NCBI GenBank assembly: GCA_963737155.1
Contig: CAVTRN010000001.1
Span: 224,001-288,000, forward strand
DNA length: 64,000 nt
Source of the DNA: Nitrospirota bacterium
GTDB taxonomy: Bacteria; Nitrospirota; UBA9217
Reading direction: 5' to 3'
Below, in pieces: positions 29,227-38,594 of this stretch. The notes under the pieces were generated by a model. It was not told the origin of the DNA. It ran no database searches and saw only the letters and a program-made list of their open reading frames with translations. Both the position numbers and the translations under genes were made by a program. The stretch's first letter is position 1. Each line of letters starts with the position of its first letter.

Positions 29227-29940
29227 ATGGTACAGGTTCGTGATCCAAAAAACATTTATCAGATCTCCGGCGAGATCGAAAACGGCAACTTCCACGGCAG
29301 ATGGCATTTCGCCTTTGGCGATTATTTCGATCCGGGTTTCATAGATTTTGGCGAACTCCGCGTCTTTAATGATGATACACTGACGCCCGGCGCGGTCTGG
29401 CCGCTTCACCCCCATAAAAACAACGAGGTCGTCACCTACGTTGCCGATGGGGAGTTCAGACATGCGGACGAGCGCGGCAAGGGAGGCGTTCTCAAAAAAG
29501 GAGGCGTGCAGCATACAACAGTGGGCCGTGGCATGTCGCACGCGGAGATCAACAACCGTCCGGACAAACCGATGCGGTTCATCCAGATGTGGTTCTATCC
29601 GTCCAGACAGGGGCTCGAACCCGCTGTAGAGCAGAAAGCAATCGAGAAGGAGAGCAGAACCGATCGCTTTCTTCCGCTTGTATCGAACCGTGATGAAGGT
29701 AGCCTCCCGATTGTATCCGACGCCAGGGTTTTATCCAGTTTTCTGCATGCCGGGAAAACAGAGCATTATGATCTTGAGGCCGGACGCGGAATCTATCTTT
29801 ACGTGATAGAGGGAGGGCCGATTACCGTGAACAGCGCAAGAGTGCCGCCCCTGGGCGCGGCAATGATCACCGAAGAATCAGCGATAGATGTGGTTGCTGA
29901 AAACGATGCCGAGCTTCTCATGGTGGACGTGAAAAAGTAA
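29227..29940 (+). CDS. Pirin family protein
   Basis: FGELRVFNDD, HPHKNNEVVTYV, GMSHAE, FIQMW. Confidence 0.93.
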   Translation: MVQVRDPKNIYQISGEIENGNFHGRWHFAFGDYFDPGFIDFGELRVFNDDTLTPGAVWPLHPHKNNEVVTYVADGEFRHADERGKGGVLKKGGVQHTTVGRGMSHAEINNRPDKPMRFIQMWFYPSRQGLEPAVEQKAIEKESRTDRFLPLVSNRDEGSLPIVSDARVLSSFLHAGKTEHYDLEAGRGIYLYVIEGGPITVNSARVPPLGAAMITEESAIDVVAENDAELLMVDVKK

Positions 29941-30069
29941 TTGATCGTGATAAAGCGGAAGATGTCCTTGTAAAATGACGGGAGGGCGAAGCGAGAATAT
30001 GATATGCATCAACCCGGATGGTGGGTTGCGAAAGGATTTTATCAGAGTGAAGTGTAACAACTCGCGGTC

Positions 30070-31242
30070 TCAGGCAGTCGTGGATTTCGTCTTCTTGACC
30101 TTCCTGCTGCCTTCATACAGATCGTATTCAAGCAGCCTGCATTCAATATTGCTGTTAAAAAACTGCCAAGTCTGTATCGGTTTAAGGCTTATTTTTTTCG
30201 CGAGCGTCGGGTTTCCCGTAAAAACATACCCTGTATACCCTTTGCATTTGTGCTTTAAAAAATCGCCAATATTCTTATAGGCCGCTTCAAGCTTCGCAAT
30301 CTCACCCATCCGCTCACCATATTCCGGGTTCATGACGATCACACCGCTGCCTTCCGGGGCCGGCGTATTGGAGAAATCGCACACGCTGAATTCGATTAGA
30401 TGCTCCACGCCGGCAGTAGTTGCGTTTTTCCGGGCAGCCTCCACCGCTGACGGATCAATATCTGTTGCGATAATCCTGCCGGAAAGGGATTTCCTCGATA
30501 CCTGCCTGGCTTTCTCGCGCAACAGGCTCCAGGCCTTCTCGTCATAACTTTTCAAGTGCATGAAGCCAAAGTTGCCCCGCAGCAGCCCCGACGCCCTGTT
30601 GAGGCCGGCAAGCGCTGCTTCGATGGCAAGAGTGCCGCTGCCGCACATGGGGTTGATAAAGACGCTATTGCCGTCCCACCCCGTTGCCTGCACGACCGCA
30701 GCAGCCAGCGTCTCCTGCATGGGCGCGTTGAGAGGGATTTTCCGATAACCGCGCCGCGACAGCGGCTCACCCGAGGTATCGAGATACACGGTACCGCGCT
30801 CTTCCTTCCAGTACAGGTGGATTACCGTCCTGTTCCGTTTAGATCCCGAGTCGGGACGCTGCCCGGTTTTTTCCTTGATGCGGTCGACGATGGCGTCCTT
30901 GCATTTCAGCGTCGCATAACGGGGATCTCTGATATTTGCGTTTTCCACGCTCGATGTGACACAGACATAGCCGTCGTCGGGGATGAATTCCTCCCAACTG
31001 ACAGCGGTCAACTGCCTGTACAGCTCATCGGGATCGTCAGCCTTGAACTGCCTGAGCGGAAAAAGCACCCGGTGTCCGGTCCGCACAAAAAGATTAAGGC
31101 GCAAACAATCATCAAGCGTGCCTTCGGTCTCAACACCAGCAATGTTCTCGGACAAAACCGGGAGCCCCAGAGAAAGGACCTCCTGTTTTAGAAAAAGCGG
31201 TATCCCTTTGGGACAGGTAATGAGAATGGGAGTTTTGGACAT
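30070..31242 (-). CDS. THUMP-domain RNA methyltransferase (RlmL-like)
   Basis: DTSGEPLSRRGYR, APMQETLAAA, PMCGSGTLAIEA, NPEYGER. Confidence 0.9.
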   Translation of the reverse strand: MSKTPILITCPKGIPLFLKQEVLSLGLPVLSENIAGVETEGTLDDCLRLNLFVRTGHRVLFPLRQFKADDPDELYRQLTAVSWEEFIPDDGYVCVTSSVENANIRDPRYATLKCKDAIVDRIKEKTGQRPDSGSKRNRTVIHLYWKEERGTVYLDTSGEPLSRRGYRKIPLNAPMQETLAAAVVQATGWDGNSVFINPMCGSGTLAIEAALAGLNRASGLLRGNFGFMHLKSYDEKAWSLLREKARQVSRKSLSGRIIATDIDPSAVEAARKNATTAGVEHLIEFSVCDFSNTPAPEGSGVIVMNPEYGERMGEIAKLEAAYKNIGDFLKHKCKGYTGYVFTGNPTLAKKISLKPIQTWQFFNSNIECRLLEYDLYEGSRKVKKTKSTTA

Positions 31243-31363
31243 GCAAGAGGACTAAACGATGTATAAAATAGTTACCCCGCAGAAGCCTTCTGCATCCGGA
31301 GCGGCTGCCCATCTTCCTGAACAGCTACCCCCGGATCCTAGACTTCCGCGGCAATACACGGCT

Positions 31364-31768
31364 TCACGAGTTTGACGAAGCCATCAGGCGTTCCTTGTCC
31401 TTGAAGAGAACGTCGCATTTGTTCAAATAGATCTTTCTCACGACACCTTTGCCGAAGGTGTTATGGAGCACAACGTCGCCAATGCGGTACTTGCCCCCCA
31501 TATCATACGAGCGTTCCTTGCCCTTGGCCTCGGACAGACAGGTTTCCCAAAGAGTCTCTGCGGCTTTTACGGCGTCTTCTTTCTTCTTTACGGTCCGGGG
31601 CTTTTTTACATCCGCAGGATCTTTGAATTTGTGCGTGCCTCCGCAGGTTTTGCATGTAACCTTAACAATCGTGCCGCCGTCTACAGCTGCAACAACATGA
31701 TCAAGGGACAGCTTGCACTTAGTACAGTAGGCCTCGATATTATCCCCTGCTGAACATTTTTCCAACAT
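31364..31768 (-). CDS. Conserved hypothetical zinc-ribbon protein
   Basis: CTKC...CKTCGGTH and C-terminal HNTFGKGVV; SD AAGGAG before ATG 31768. Confidence 0.85.
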   Translation of the reverse strand: MLEKCSAGDNIEAYCTKCKLSLDHVVAAVDGGTIVKVTCKTCGGTHKFKDPADVKKPRTVKKKEDAVKAAETLWETCLSEAKGKERSYDMGGKYRIGDVVLHNTFGKGVVRKIYLNKCDVLFKDKERLMASSNS

Positions 31769-32610
31769 ACTTTTCTCCTTTTTCCCCTCTCGGACGCACA
31801 GATGCGCTTGAACTGCGGAATGTCGGGACGACATGGACGATTCCCTACAACGTGATATTTCGCGCTCCTCATCCCGAAAAAAAATACTAGCATATCATAC
31901 ACCTTTCCGAAGTGAAAATCTCCTATTCATTTATCCAGTGGTAAAAATCCTCGACATCACGAAATAACCGCGTTCCATACCAGGCATCTGCCTATTTTTA
32001 TTGAAGATTCTGGCTTTGCAGGGATACCGCTTGGTTTCATCCATGCAGAATGAGCTTCCGGACGGCCTTGATCTAGGCGAGGAAAATATTTTCCCTGCCT
32101 TGCCTGTCAATATACCGTTCCTGAAAACATGGCATTTTATTACAAACAGCAATGACGGCAATCGACCAGTGCTACTGCCGGTTAACGTCAGGGATTTTTG
32201 CCCTGATTCTGCCCAAATACCGTTGTTTGGTAACCGGAATCGCTCCCGGAGCCTTTTCAGTTCCAACTATAACTGGCATGAAGCCGTAAAGATAACGCTG
32301 TCGGCATGGATGATGACCTCTTTTGCAATTCAGCACAGCATGGGATCAAGGGCAATAAACTGGGTGCGATGTGGGTTGTGCAACCCAACAGTCGTGCGAG
32401 CTTCTCTATTTTTATATAGTGTTTAGGGCGCGAATTTTTGATTGCAATTCTAACAAAGGGACCTGCACAAAAACAAAGCACCGTTGCCGGCGCGGAACTA
32501 CGCAATTATGCTTCGGCAGATCCTCCTCTCCGCGCCTGACAGCTGCCTTTTTGCTCTTGAATTCGCTATGGCATTCTGCTACTATATCCCGCACTAGGTC
32601 AGGAGGCTTC

Positions 32611-33099
32611 TTGCAACGGGCGGACTTAACAACCAGAGCAGTTGCGAGCTTTGTGGATTTTCTGCTCATCGTCGGCTTGTCCCGGCTGCCTGATGTACTT
32701 GGTATTCTGTCCGCCACGGGATATATTCTTATTCGTGACGGCCTGTTTGAACGCCAGAGCGTCGGGAAAAAACTGATCGGAATCCGCGTAATGACGTCGG
32801 AGCCCTCCGGTCCATCCGTTACATACCGAGAATCTATCATAAGAAATGTAACATTTGCCGCGGCCTATCTTCTCTTCTTGATTCCCTATGCAGGATGGGT
32901 TCTCGGCCCACTAGTTGTCGGCGCCGAGTGTCTTGCCACCATCGGCGACGAGCGTGGCATGCGCGTCGGGGACCTGATCGCGCGAACGGTTGTGATCCAG
33001 GAATCCCCTGTTACAACACGGACGCCTGAGGAACCGAAGCAACAACCCGCCGCAAACCCATCCGGCGCAGCATCAACGCTTGATACGTATCAGCCCTGA
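32611..33099 (+). CDS. RDD family membrane protein
   Basis: SD AGGAGG plus TTG start; RAVASFVD, QSVGKKLIGIRV, RVGDLIART. Confidence 0.88.
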   Translation: MQRADLTTRAVASFVDFLLIVGLSRLPDVLGILSATGYILIRDGLFERQSVGKKLIGIRVMTSEPSGPSVTYRESIIRNVTFAAAYLLFLIPYAGWVLGPLVVGAECLATIGDERGMRVGDLIARTVVIQESPVTTRTPEEPKQQPAANPSGAASTLDTYQP

Positions 33100-33226
33100 A
33101 GAACAGCATCACGAAACCGGGTTATCCGGCGGCATGGATTGCACTGACACCAGTCCTCTCAAACATGCCCGTATGCTTCGCAGGCGCGGGTAGTGAAGGT
33201 TTTTCTAAAAGGAGCTTCTGAAGACT

Positions 33227-34252
33227 ATGTTTATCAATTCTATCATGGGCTGGTTCTCGAACGATATGGCCATTGATCTCGGCACCGCGAACACGCTGGT
33301 GTACGTCAAGGGCAAGGGAATCGTATGCAATGAGCCTTCCGTAATCGCCATATCGCTCAAAACAGGAAAGGTGCTTGCCGTCGGCTCCGAGGCAAAAAAG
33401 ATGCTCGGTCGGACGCCCGGCGACGTTAAAACAATCCGCCCTATCAAGGACGGGGTCATTTCAGACTTTGACTATACCGGGGAAATGCTCAAATATTTTA
33501 TTCAGCGCGTGCACAACCGGAAAGCCTTCATGCGGCCGCGTATCGTCATCGGAGTCCCCTCCGGCATTACCCAGGTGGAGCAGCGTGCCGTAAAGGACGC
33601 TGCGGTTTCCTCAGGCGGACGCGATGTCTACCTTATCGAAGAGCCCGTGGCTGCGGCCATTGGGACGGGCCTGCCCATATCGGAACCGTCGGGGAACATG
33701 ATTGTCGACATCGGGGGCGGGACAACGGACATCGCCGTCATTTCAATGGACGGCGTAGTCTACAGCAAGGCCATCCGCGTGGGCGGCGACAAAATGGATG
33801 AATCTATCATCAACTACATCAAGCGGAAATACAACCTGCTCATTGGTGAGATGATGGCAGAGCATATCAAGATTGAGCTGGGATCTGCCTGTAAGACAGA
33901 CAATGAACGGCACACCATGGAGATCAAGGGCCGCGACCTCGTATCGGGCATCCCCAAGACACTTATCCTCGATGGCGACGAGGTGCGTGAAGCACTCGCG
34001 GAGCCGGTTAGCCAGATCCTGAACGGCATCAAGATGGCCCTTGAAAACACGCCGCCGGAGCTTTCGGCCGACATCGTGGACAAGGGGATCGTGCTGGCGG
34101 GGGGCGGCGCACTGCTCAAAGGACTGGACGTCTTTCTGCGCGATGAAACATCGCTCCCGATCATCATCGCCGAGGATCCGCTGACTTGCGTGGCGCTCGG
34201 AGCCGGCAAGGTCCTTGATGACGAGCAGATCCTGAAAAAGGTCATGATGTAG
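33227..34252 (+). CDS. mreB: Rod shape-determining actin MreB
   Basis: AIDLGTANT, EPSVIA, VDIGGGTT, GGGALL. Confidence 0.98.
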   Translation: MFINSIMGWFSNDMAIDLGTANTLVYVKGKGIVCNEPSVIAISLKTGKVLAVGSEAKKMLGRTPGDVKTIRPIKDGVISDFDYTGEMLKYFIQRVHNRKAFMRPRIVIGVPSGITQVEQRAVKDAAVSSGGRDVYLIEEPVAAAIGTGLPISEPSGNMIVDIGGGTTDIAVISMDGVVYSKAIRVGGDKMDESIINYIKRKYNLLIGEMMAEHIKIELGSACKTDNERHTMEIKGRDLVSGIPKTLILDGDEVREALAEPVSQILNGIKMALENTPPELSADIVDKGIVLAGGGALLKGLDVFLRDETSLPIIIAEDPLTCVALGAGKVLDDEQILKKVMM

Positions 34253-34271
34253 TGTGGGAACGGCCTGCGGG

Positions 34272-35078
34272 ATGAATGGGTTTATCGTAAAAAGCAAAAA
34301 AAGCATTATTATTCTTCTTCTCTTCGCGACCTTGTTCTGGATTGTAACCGTGCAGATCAAGAAGGGACGGTTCACGATCCTGGAAAAGCCGGTCCTCGCT
34401 GTCTCGGGAGTCCTCGAACGCATTATAGCCTGGCCGATTAATACCGTCGTGTCGATCGGCAGGGGTTATATTTTTCTTGTCAACACTGAGCAGGAGAACC
34501 AGAGGCTCGAGAGGGAGATCGGCCGCCTAAAAATAGGAACCGGAGTGACCAGCGAACTCATACTCGAGAATGATCGGCTCAGGGAGATGCTTAACTTCAA
34601 GAAATTGCAGCCGCCCTCCACGATCGCGGTTCAAGTCATCGGGAAGGAACTGTCGCCCGCCTCGAACACCATCACCATCAATAAAGGTTCCAAAGACCAA
34701 ATCCATGAGGATATGGCCGTAATTTCGGCTGATGGCGTAGTCGGCAGGGTCCAAACGGTTCTGCCCGACACCTCAAAAGTATTTCTCCTTACTGACCCCG
34801 GGAGCACAATTGCCGTCATGGTTCAACGGAACCGAGAGGAAGGCCTGCTCGAAGGCAAGCTGGTCAAATGCGCCATGAAATACGTCTCTTACTATGCCGA
34901 CGTCCAGGAAGGCGACCTCGTGGTCACCTCAGGACTCGATGGTATTTACCCGAAAGGCCTTGCCGTCGGGACAGTCACCAAGGTGGTTAAACAGGAAGCC
35001 GTGGCTTTCCAGACCGTCGTAGTAGAACCTGCTGTCCGGTTTTCCCGCCTGGAAGAAGCGCTGGTACTCGCGAAATGA
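34272..35078 (+). CDS. mreC: Rod shape-determining protein MreC
   Basis: TM, coiled coil ENDRLREML, TSGLDGIYPKG; operon position. Confidence 0.95.
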   Translation: MNGFIVKSKKSIIILLLFATLFWIVTVQIKKGRFTILEKPVLAVSGVLERIIAWPINTVVSIGRGYIFLVNTEQENQRLEREIGRLKIGTGVTSELILENDRLREMLNFKKLQPPSTIAVQVIGKELSPASNTITINKGSKDQIHEDMAVISADGVVGRVQTVLPDTSKVFLLTDPGSTIAVMVQRNREEGLLEGKLVKCAMKYVSYYADVQEGDLVVTSGLDGIYPKGLAVGTVTKVVKQEAVAFQTVVVEPAVRFSRLEEALVLAK

Positions 35079-35587
35079 AACCGTACGTATACGCCCTTAT
35101 CCTCGTTTTGATCATTCCGCTCCAATCCACCCTCCTCAATACCGTCTCGGTGTTCGGCATAAAGCCGGACCTTGCCCTCGTCGTCCTGTTCATCATCGGA
35201 ATGTTAACCAGCCCTGTTGAGGCTGCACTAGCGGGGATGAGCATCGGCCTGGTGCAGGACATCGGATCCGCGAGTCTTTTCGGGTTTTCGGGACTGACAC
35301 GGGGACTCGTGGGTCTTGGCGCGGGCCTGCTAGGCTCACGGGTGCTCGATATTTCCAATCCCGTTATCGTGCTCTTCCCGGCCGTCTTCAGCCTGGCCGA
35401 GGGTATTCTTATCATGCTCTTCCTGCAGGTGAACTATGGAGCGGTCCCCATGGTCGCCATGATCACGGGCCGCCTGATTCCCCAGGCGATCTATACAAGT
35501 GTGCTTGGCTTCTTTTTGCTTCGCCTTGTCAACAGGCGCGACATCCTCCGCCTGTTGAAACGAAGAAATATCCAGAAGGAGTTGTAA
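35075..35587 (+). CDS. mreD: Rod shape-determining protein MreD
   Basis: KPDLALV and GLVQD motifs, hydrophobic; overlaps the mreC stop. Confidence 0.92.
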   Translation: MKPYVYALILVLIIPLQSTLLNTVSVFGIKPDLALVVLFIIGMLTSPVEAALAGMSIGLVQDIGSASLFGFSGLTRGLVGLGAGLLGSRVLDISNPVIVLFPAVFSLAEGILIMLFLQVNYGAVPMVAMITGRLIPQAIYTSVLGFFLLRLVNRRDILRLLKRRNIQKEL

Positions 35588-37399
35588 ATGCTGCACCAGC
35601 ACGATAATCCAGCGGACATTCAGAGAAGGCTCCCCCTGCTCGCCGTATTCGTCGCCATCTTTACGCTTGCCCTGTTCGCTCGTCTCTGGTACCTGCAGGC
35701 CGTCAGAGGCAACTACTATTACGAGCAGGCGGAGAACAACCGCATCAGGCCTTTAAAGCTCCGTCCGCCGCGGGGCATCATCTACGACCGTTACGGCAGG
35801 CCACTCGTGGAGAACGTTCTCACCTTCGACATTTCGCTCGTTCCGGAAGACGCAAAGAATCTCGAGAGCACGGTCGGGAAGATATCCTCGATTCTGAAAA
35901 TCGACGATGCTTCCATCCGCGAGGCGCTCGACGAAGCGACTCCTGTACGGACCAATTATGAACCTGTCAAGATCAGGGAGGACGCGTCCTGGAATGAAGT
36001 CGCCCTCGTCGAGTCGCACCAGGAGGATCTTCCGGGGACCATCATCGAGCCGGAGCACCTCAGGCATTACCCCTATGGAGGTCTTGCATCGCATCAGCTG
36101 GGTTATATCGGCAAAATCACGCAAACCGAGCTGAAGAAGAACCCAGCCGAGTTCGGCCTCCTCACGGGCCAGGCAGGCCTTGAAAAGATATACGACAAAT
36201 ATCTTCGCGGAATACCAGGACAGCGCATGATCCAGGTAAATGCGGCGGGGAGGAAAGTGAAGGACCTGGGAATCAAAGAGCCCCGGCCCGGCTTGGACCT
36301 GTACCTCACAATCGACCTCGATGCTCAAAAGGCGGCCGAGGAGGGGCTTGGTGACCGGTCGGGCGCCGTGGTGGCAATGGACCCCAACACCGGTGAAATC
36401 CTGGCCATTGCCAGTCACCCCAACTACGATCCCAACCTGTTCCCGCGGGGAATTTCAGCGGAAGACTGGGTCCGCTTTTCCCACGATCCCGCGCATCCCA
36501 TGTACGATCGCGCGATTCAGAGCGTCTATCCTCCTGGTTCAACCTTTAAGATTATCGTTGCGCTTGCAGGTCTTGAGTACGGAATAATCAAGCCCGATGA
36601 TACTGTCACTTGCCGGGGGGCGCTCTCTTCCGGTAAACACTCGTTCCGGTGCTGGAAAAAAGGTGGCCATGGCTTGATCTCGCTTCACCGAGCCCTTGTC
36701 GAGTCCTGCGACGTCTACTTCTATACCATGGGAGATCGGATCGGATGGGACCGCGTTGCCGCGTATGCGAAAAGGCTCGGGTTAGGGAGCCTCACGGGCA
36801 TTCCCTTACCCGGTGAGAAACCGGGACTGATCCCGACAACAGCCTGGAAGAAGAAACGAACCGGCGAAAATTGGTACGGCGGAGACACATTCATTAATTC
36901 CATAGGCCAGGGATATGACCTTGTAAGCCCGATCCAGGCATGCCAGCTGATGAGTCTTGTGTCAAACGGCGGATATTTCTATCGCCCCACGCTGCTAAAG
37001 GAAACGCGAAACCGTGAGACCGGGGTGGTTAAAACATTTTCTTCCGACATAAGGGGCAAAACGATTATTGATCCCGCAGCGCTGGAACTGGTGCGTCAGG
37101 CCCTCGCCGGCGTCGTAGTCGAGCCTGGAGGCACCGGCCACGCCGCCCAAACACCGCTGGCGACAGTGGCCGGAAAAACGGGAACGGCCCAGGTCATCGC
37201 GCAGAAAGTCGCGGGCCGGCAGCTTGCCGAAGAATCCAGGGACCATGCATGGTTCATTGCTTATGCGCCGGTGGAAGACCCTAAAATCGCAGTCGCCGTT
37301 CTTATCGAGCACGGGGTACATGGCGCTGCGGCAGCGCCAGTGGCGAAGCGAGTCATTGAGGAGTATTTGAAAAATGTTGCGTCAAAGATGGTTCACTAA
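35588..37399 (+). CDS. mrdA: Penicillin-binding protein 2
   Basis: RGIIYDR; SxxK (STFK), SxD (SCD) and KTG motifs. Confidence 0.96.
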   Translation: MLHQHDNPADIQRRLPLLAVFVAIFTLALFARLWYLQAVRGNYYYEQAENNRIRPLKLRPPRGIIYDRYGRPLVENVLTFDISLVPEDAKNLESTVGKISSILKIDDASIREALDEATPVRTNYEPVKIREDASWNEVALVESHQEDLPGTIIEPEHLRHYPYGGLASHQLGYIGKITQTELKKNPAEFGLLTGQAGLEKIYDKYLRGIPGQRMIQVNAAGRKVKDLGIKEPRPGLDLYLTIDLDAQKAAEEGLGDRSGAVVAMDPNTGEILAIASHPNYDPNLFPRGISAEDWVRFSHDPAHPMYDRAIQSVYPPGSTFKIIVALAGLEYGIIKPDDTVTCRGALSSGKHSFRCWKKGGHGLISLHRALVESCDVYFYTMGDRIGWDRVAAYAKRLGLGSLTGIPLPGEKPGLIPTTAWKKKRTGENWYGGDTFINSIGQGYDLVSPIQACQLMSLVSNGGYFYRPTLLKETRNRETGVVKTFSSDIRGKTIIDPAALELVRQALAGVVVEPGGTGHAAQTPLATVAGKTGTAQVIAQKVAGRQLAEESRDHAWFIAYAPVEDPKIAVAVLIEHGVHGAAAAPVAKRVIEEYLKNVASKMVH

Positions 37400-38504
37400 T
37401 CTACCCTGGGGCATGGTCGTTCTCGTGCTCACCATCGCGGCATTCGGGCTTGCCGCAGTGTACAGCGCAACTTACACCGTGCGCGGTCCATCGCCCCTTT
37501 TTTTTAAGCAGGCTGTCTGGATCTCCATCGGCATCATCATCATGTTTCTCATGCTCATACCGGATTATCATTCCATTGGCCGCTACGCGTACATTTTCTA
37601 TGCCATCTCGGTCTTCCTTTTGCTTCTCGTCATGATCTTCGGGAGAACCGGGATGGGAGCGCAGCGGTGGCTCGCCATCGGCTCCTTCGTTTTCCAGCCG
37701 TCGGAATTCGCGAAACTTTCCGTTACGCTGGCCCTCGCGCGGTTCTTCGCAGAGGACCCGAAGCGCGGCGGCTACAAGCTGAAAGAATTGGCCATCCCGG
37801 GGGCCATGGTTTTCGTCCCCCTGTTACTCGTGCTCAAACAGCCCGACCTCGGTACGGCGCTCATGCTGCTGCTTACCGCATCGTTGATCGTTATCCTGGC
37901 TGGCATCCACCTGCGTACCGTCATGGTCATTCTGCTGACTATGGCTCTTGTAGGATCGCTGTTTTTTTTCGTGTCGCCTGTCCGGAACAAGATCTGGAGC
38001 TCGCTGAAGCCCTACCAGCAGAACAGGATCAAGGCATTTATCGACCCGAGCTCCGATCCGCTCGGAAGCGGGTATCATGCAATCCAATCAAAGATAGCCG
38101 TGGGATCGGGCCAGATCACGGGCAAGGGGTATCGCAAGGGCACGCAGAGCCAGATGGCTTTCCTGCCCGACCGGCATACGGACTTCATCTTCGCCGTTAT
38201 CGCCGAGGAAACGGGCCTGGTCGGCTCTAGTGTGCTGATCATGCTGTACCTGGCCCTTCTCCTGGTCGGCGTGGATACGGCTAAGAATGCCAAGGACCGT
38301 CTCGGCGTTCTCATGGCCGGAGGCATTGTCTCCATGATTTCGATCTATGTGTTCATCAATGTCGGCATGGCGGTGGGCATCGTACCCGTTGTTGGCGTGC
38401 CGCTCCCTCTCGTGAGTTACGGCGGAACATCCGTAATCACGACCTTCCTCGCACTTGGATTGCTCTTGAATATCCAGACAAGACGGTTTATGCTATTCTA
38501 CTAA
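37374..38504 (+). CDS. rodA: SEDS glycosyltransferase RodA
   Basis: GAQRW, QPSEFAK, QPDLGT, HTDFIF, LPLVSYGG. Confidence 0.96.
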   Translation: MLRQRWFTNLPWGMVVLVLTIAAFGLAAVYSATYTVRGPSPLFFKQAVWISIGIIIMFLMLIPDYHSIGRYAYIFYAISVFLLLLVMIFGRTGMGAQRWLAIGSFVFQPSEFAKLSVTLALARFFAEDPKRGGYKLKELAIPGAMVFVPLLLVLKQPDLGTALMLLLTASLIVILAGIHLRTVMVILLTMALVGSLFFFVSPVRNKIWSSLKPYQQNRIKAFIDPSSDPLGSGYHAIQSKIAVGSGQITGKGYRKGTQSQMAFLPDRHTDFIFAVIAEETGLVGSSVLIMLYLALLLVGVDTAKNAKDRLGVLMAGGIVSMISIYVFINVGMAVGIVPVVGVPLPLVSYGGTSVITTFLALGLLLNIQTRRFMLFY

Positions 38505-38594
38505 TGCGTGGGCGACGGCGCATGTCGCAAAGTGCACTGATCGACGGGCTGTCCCCTGCAGCCCCATGCTCTCTGCGTCCTCAAAGGAGTTTAC

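Noticed and set aside
32371-32610. 80-aa N-terminal extension of the RDD ORF
   Set aside because: A strong SD and TTG at 32611 coincide with the start of the RDD domain.
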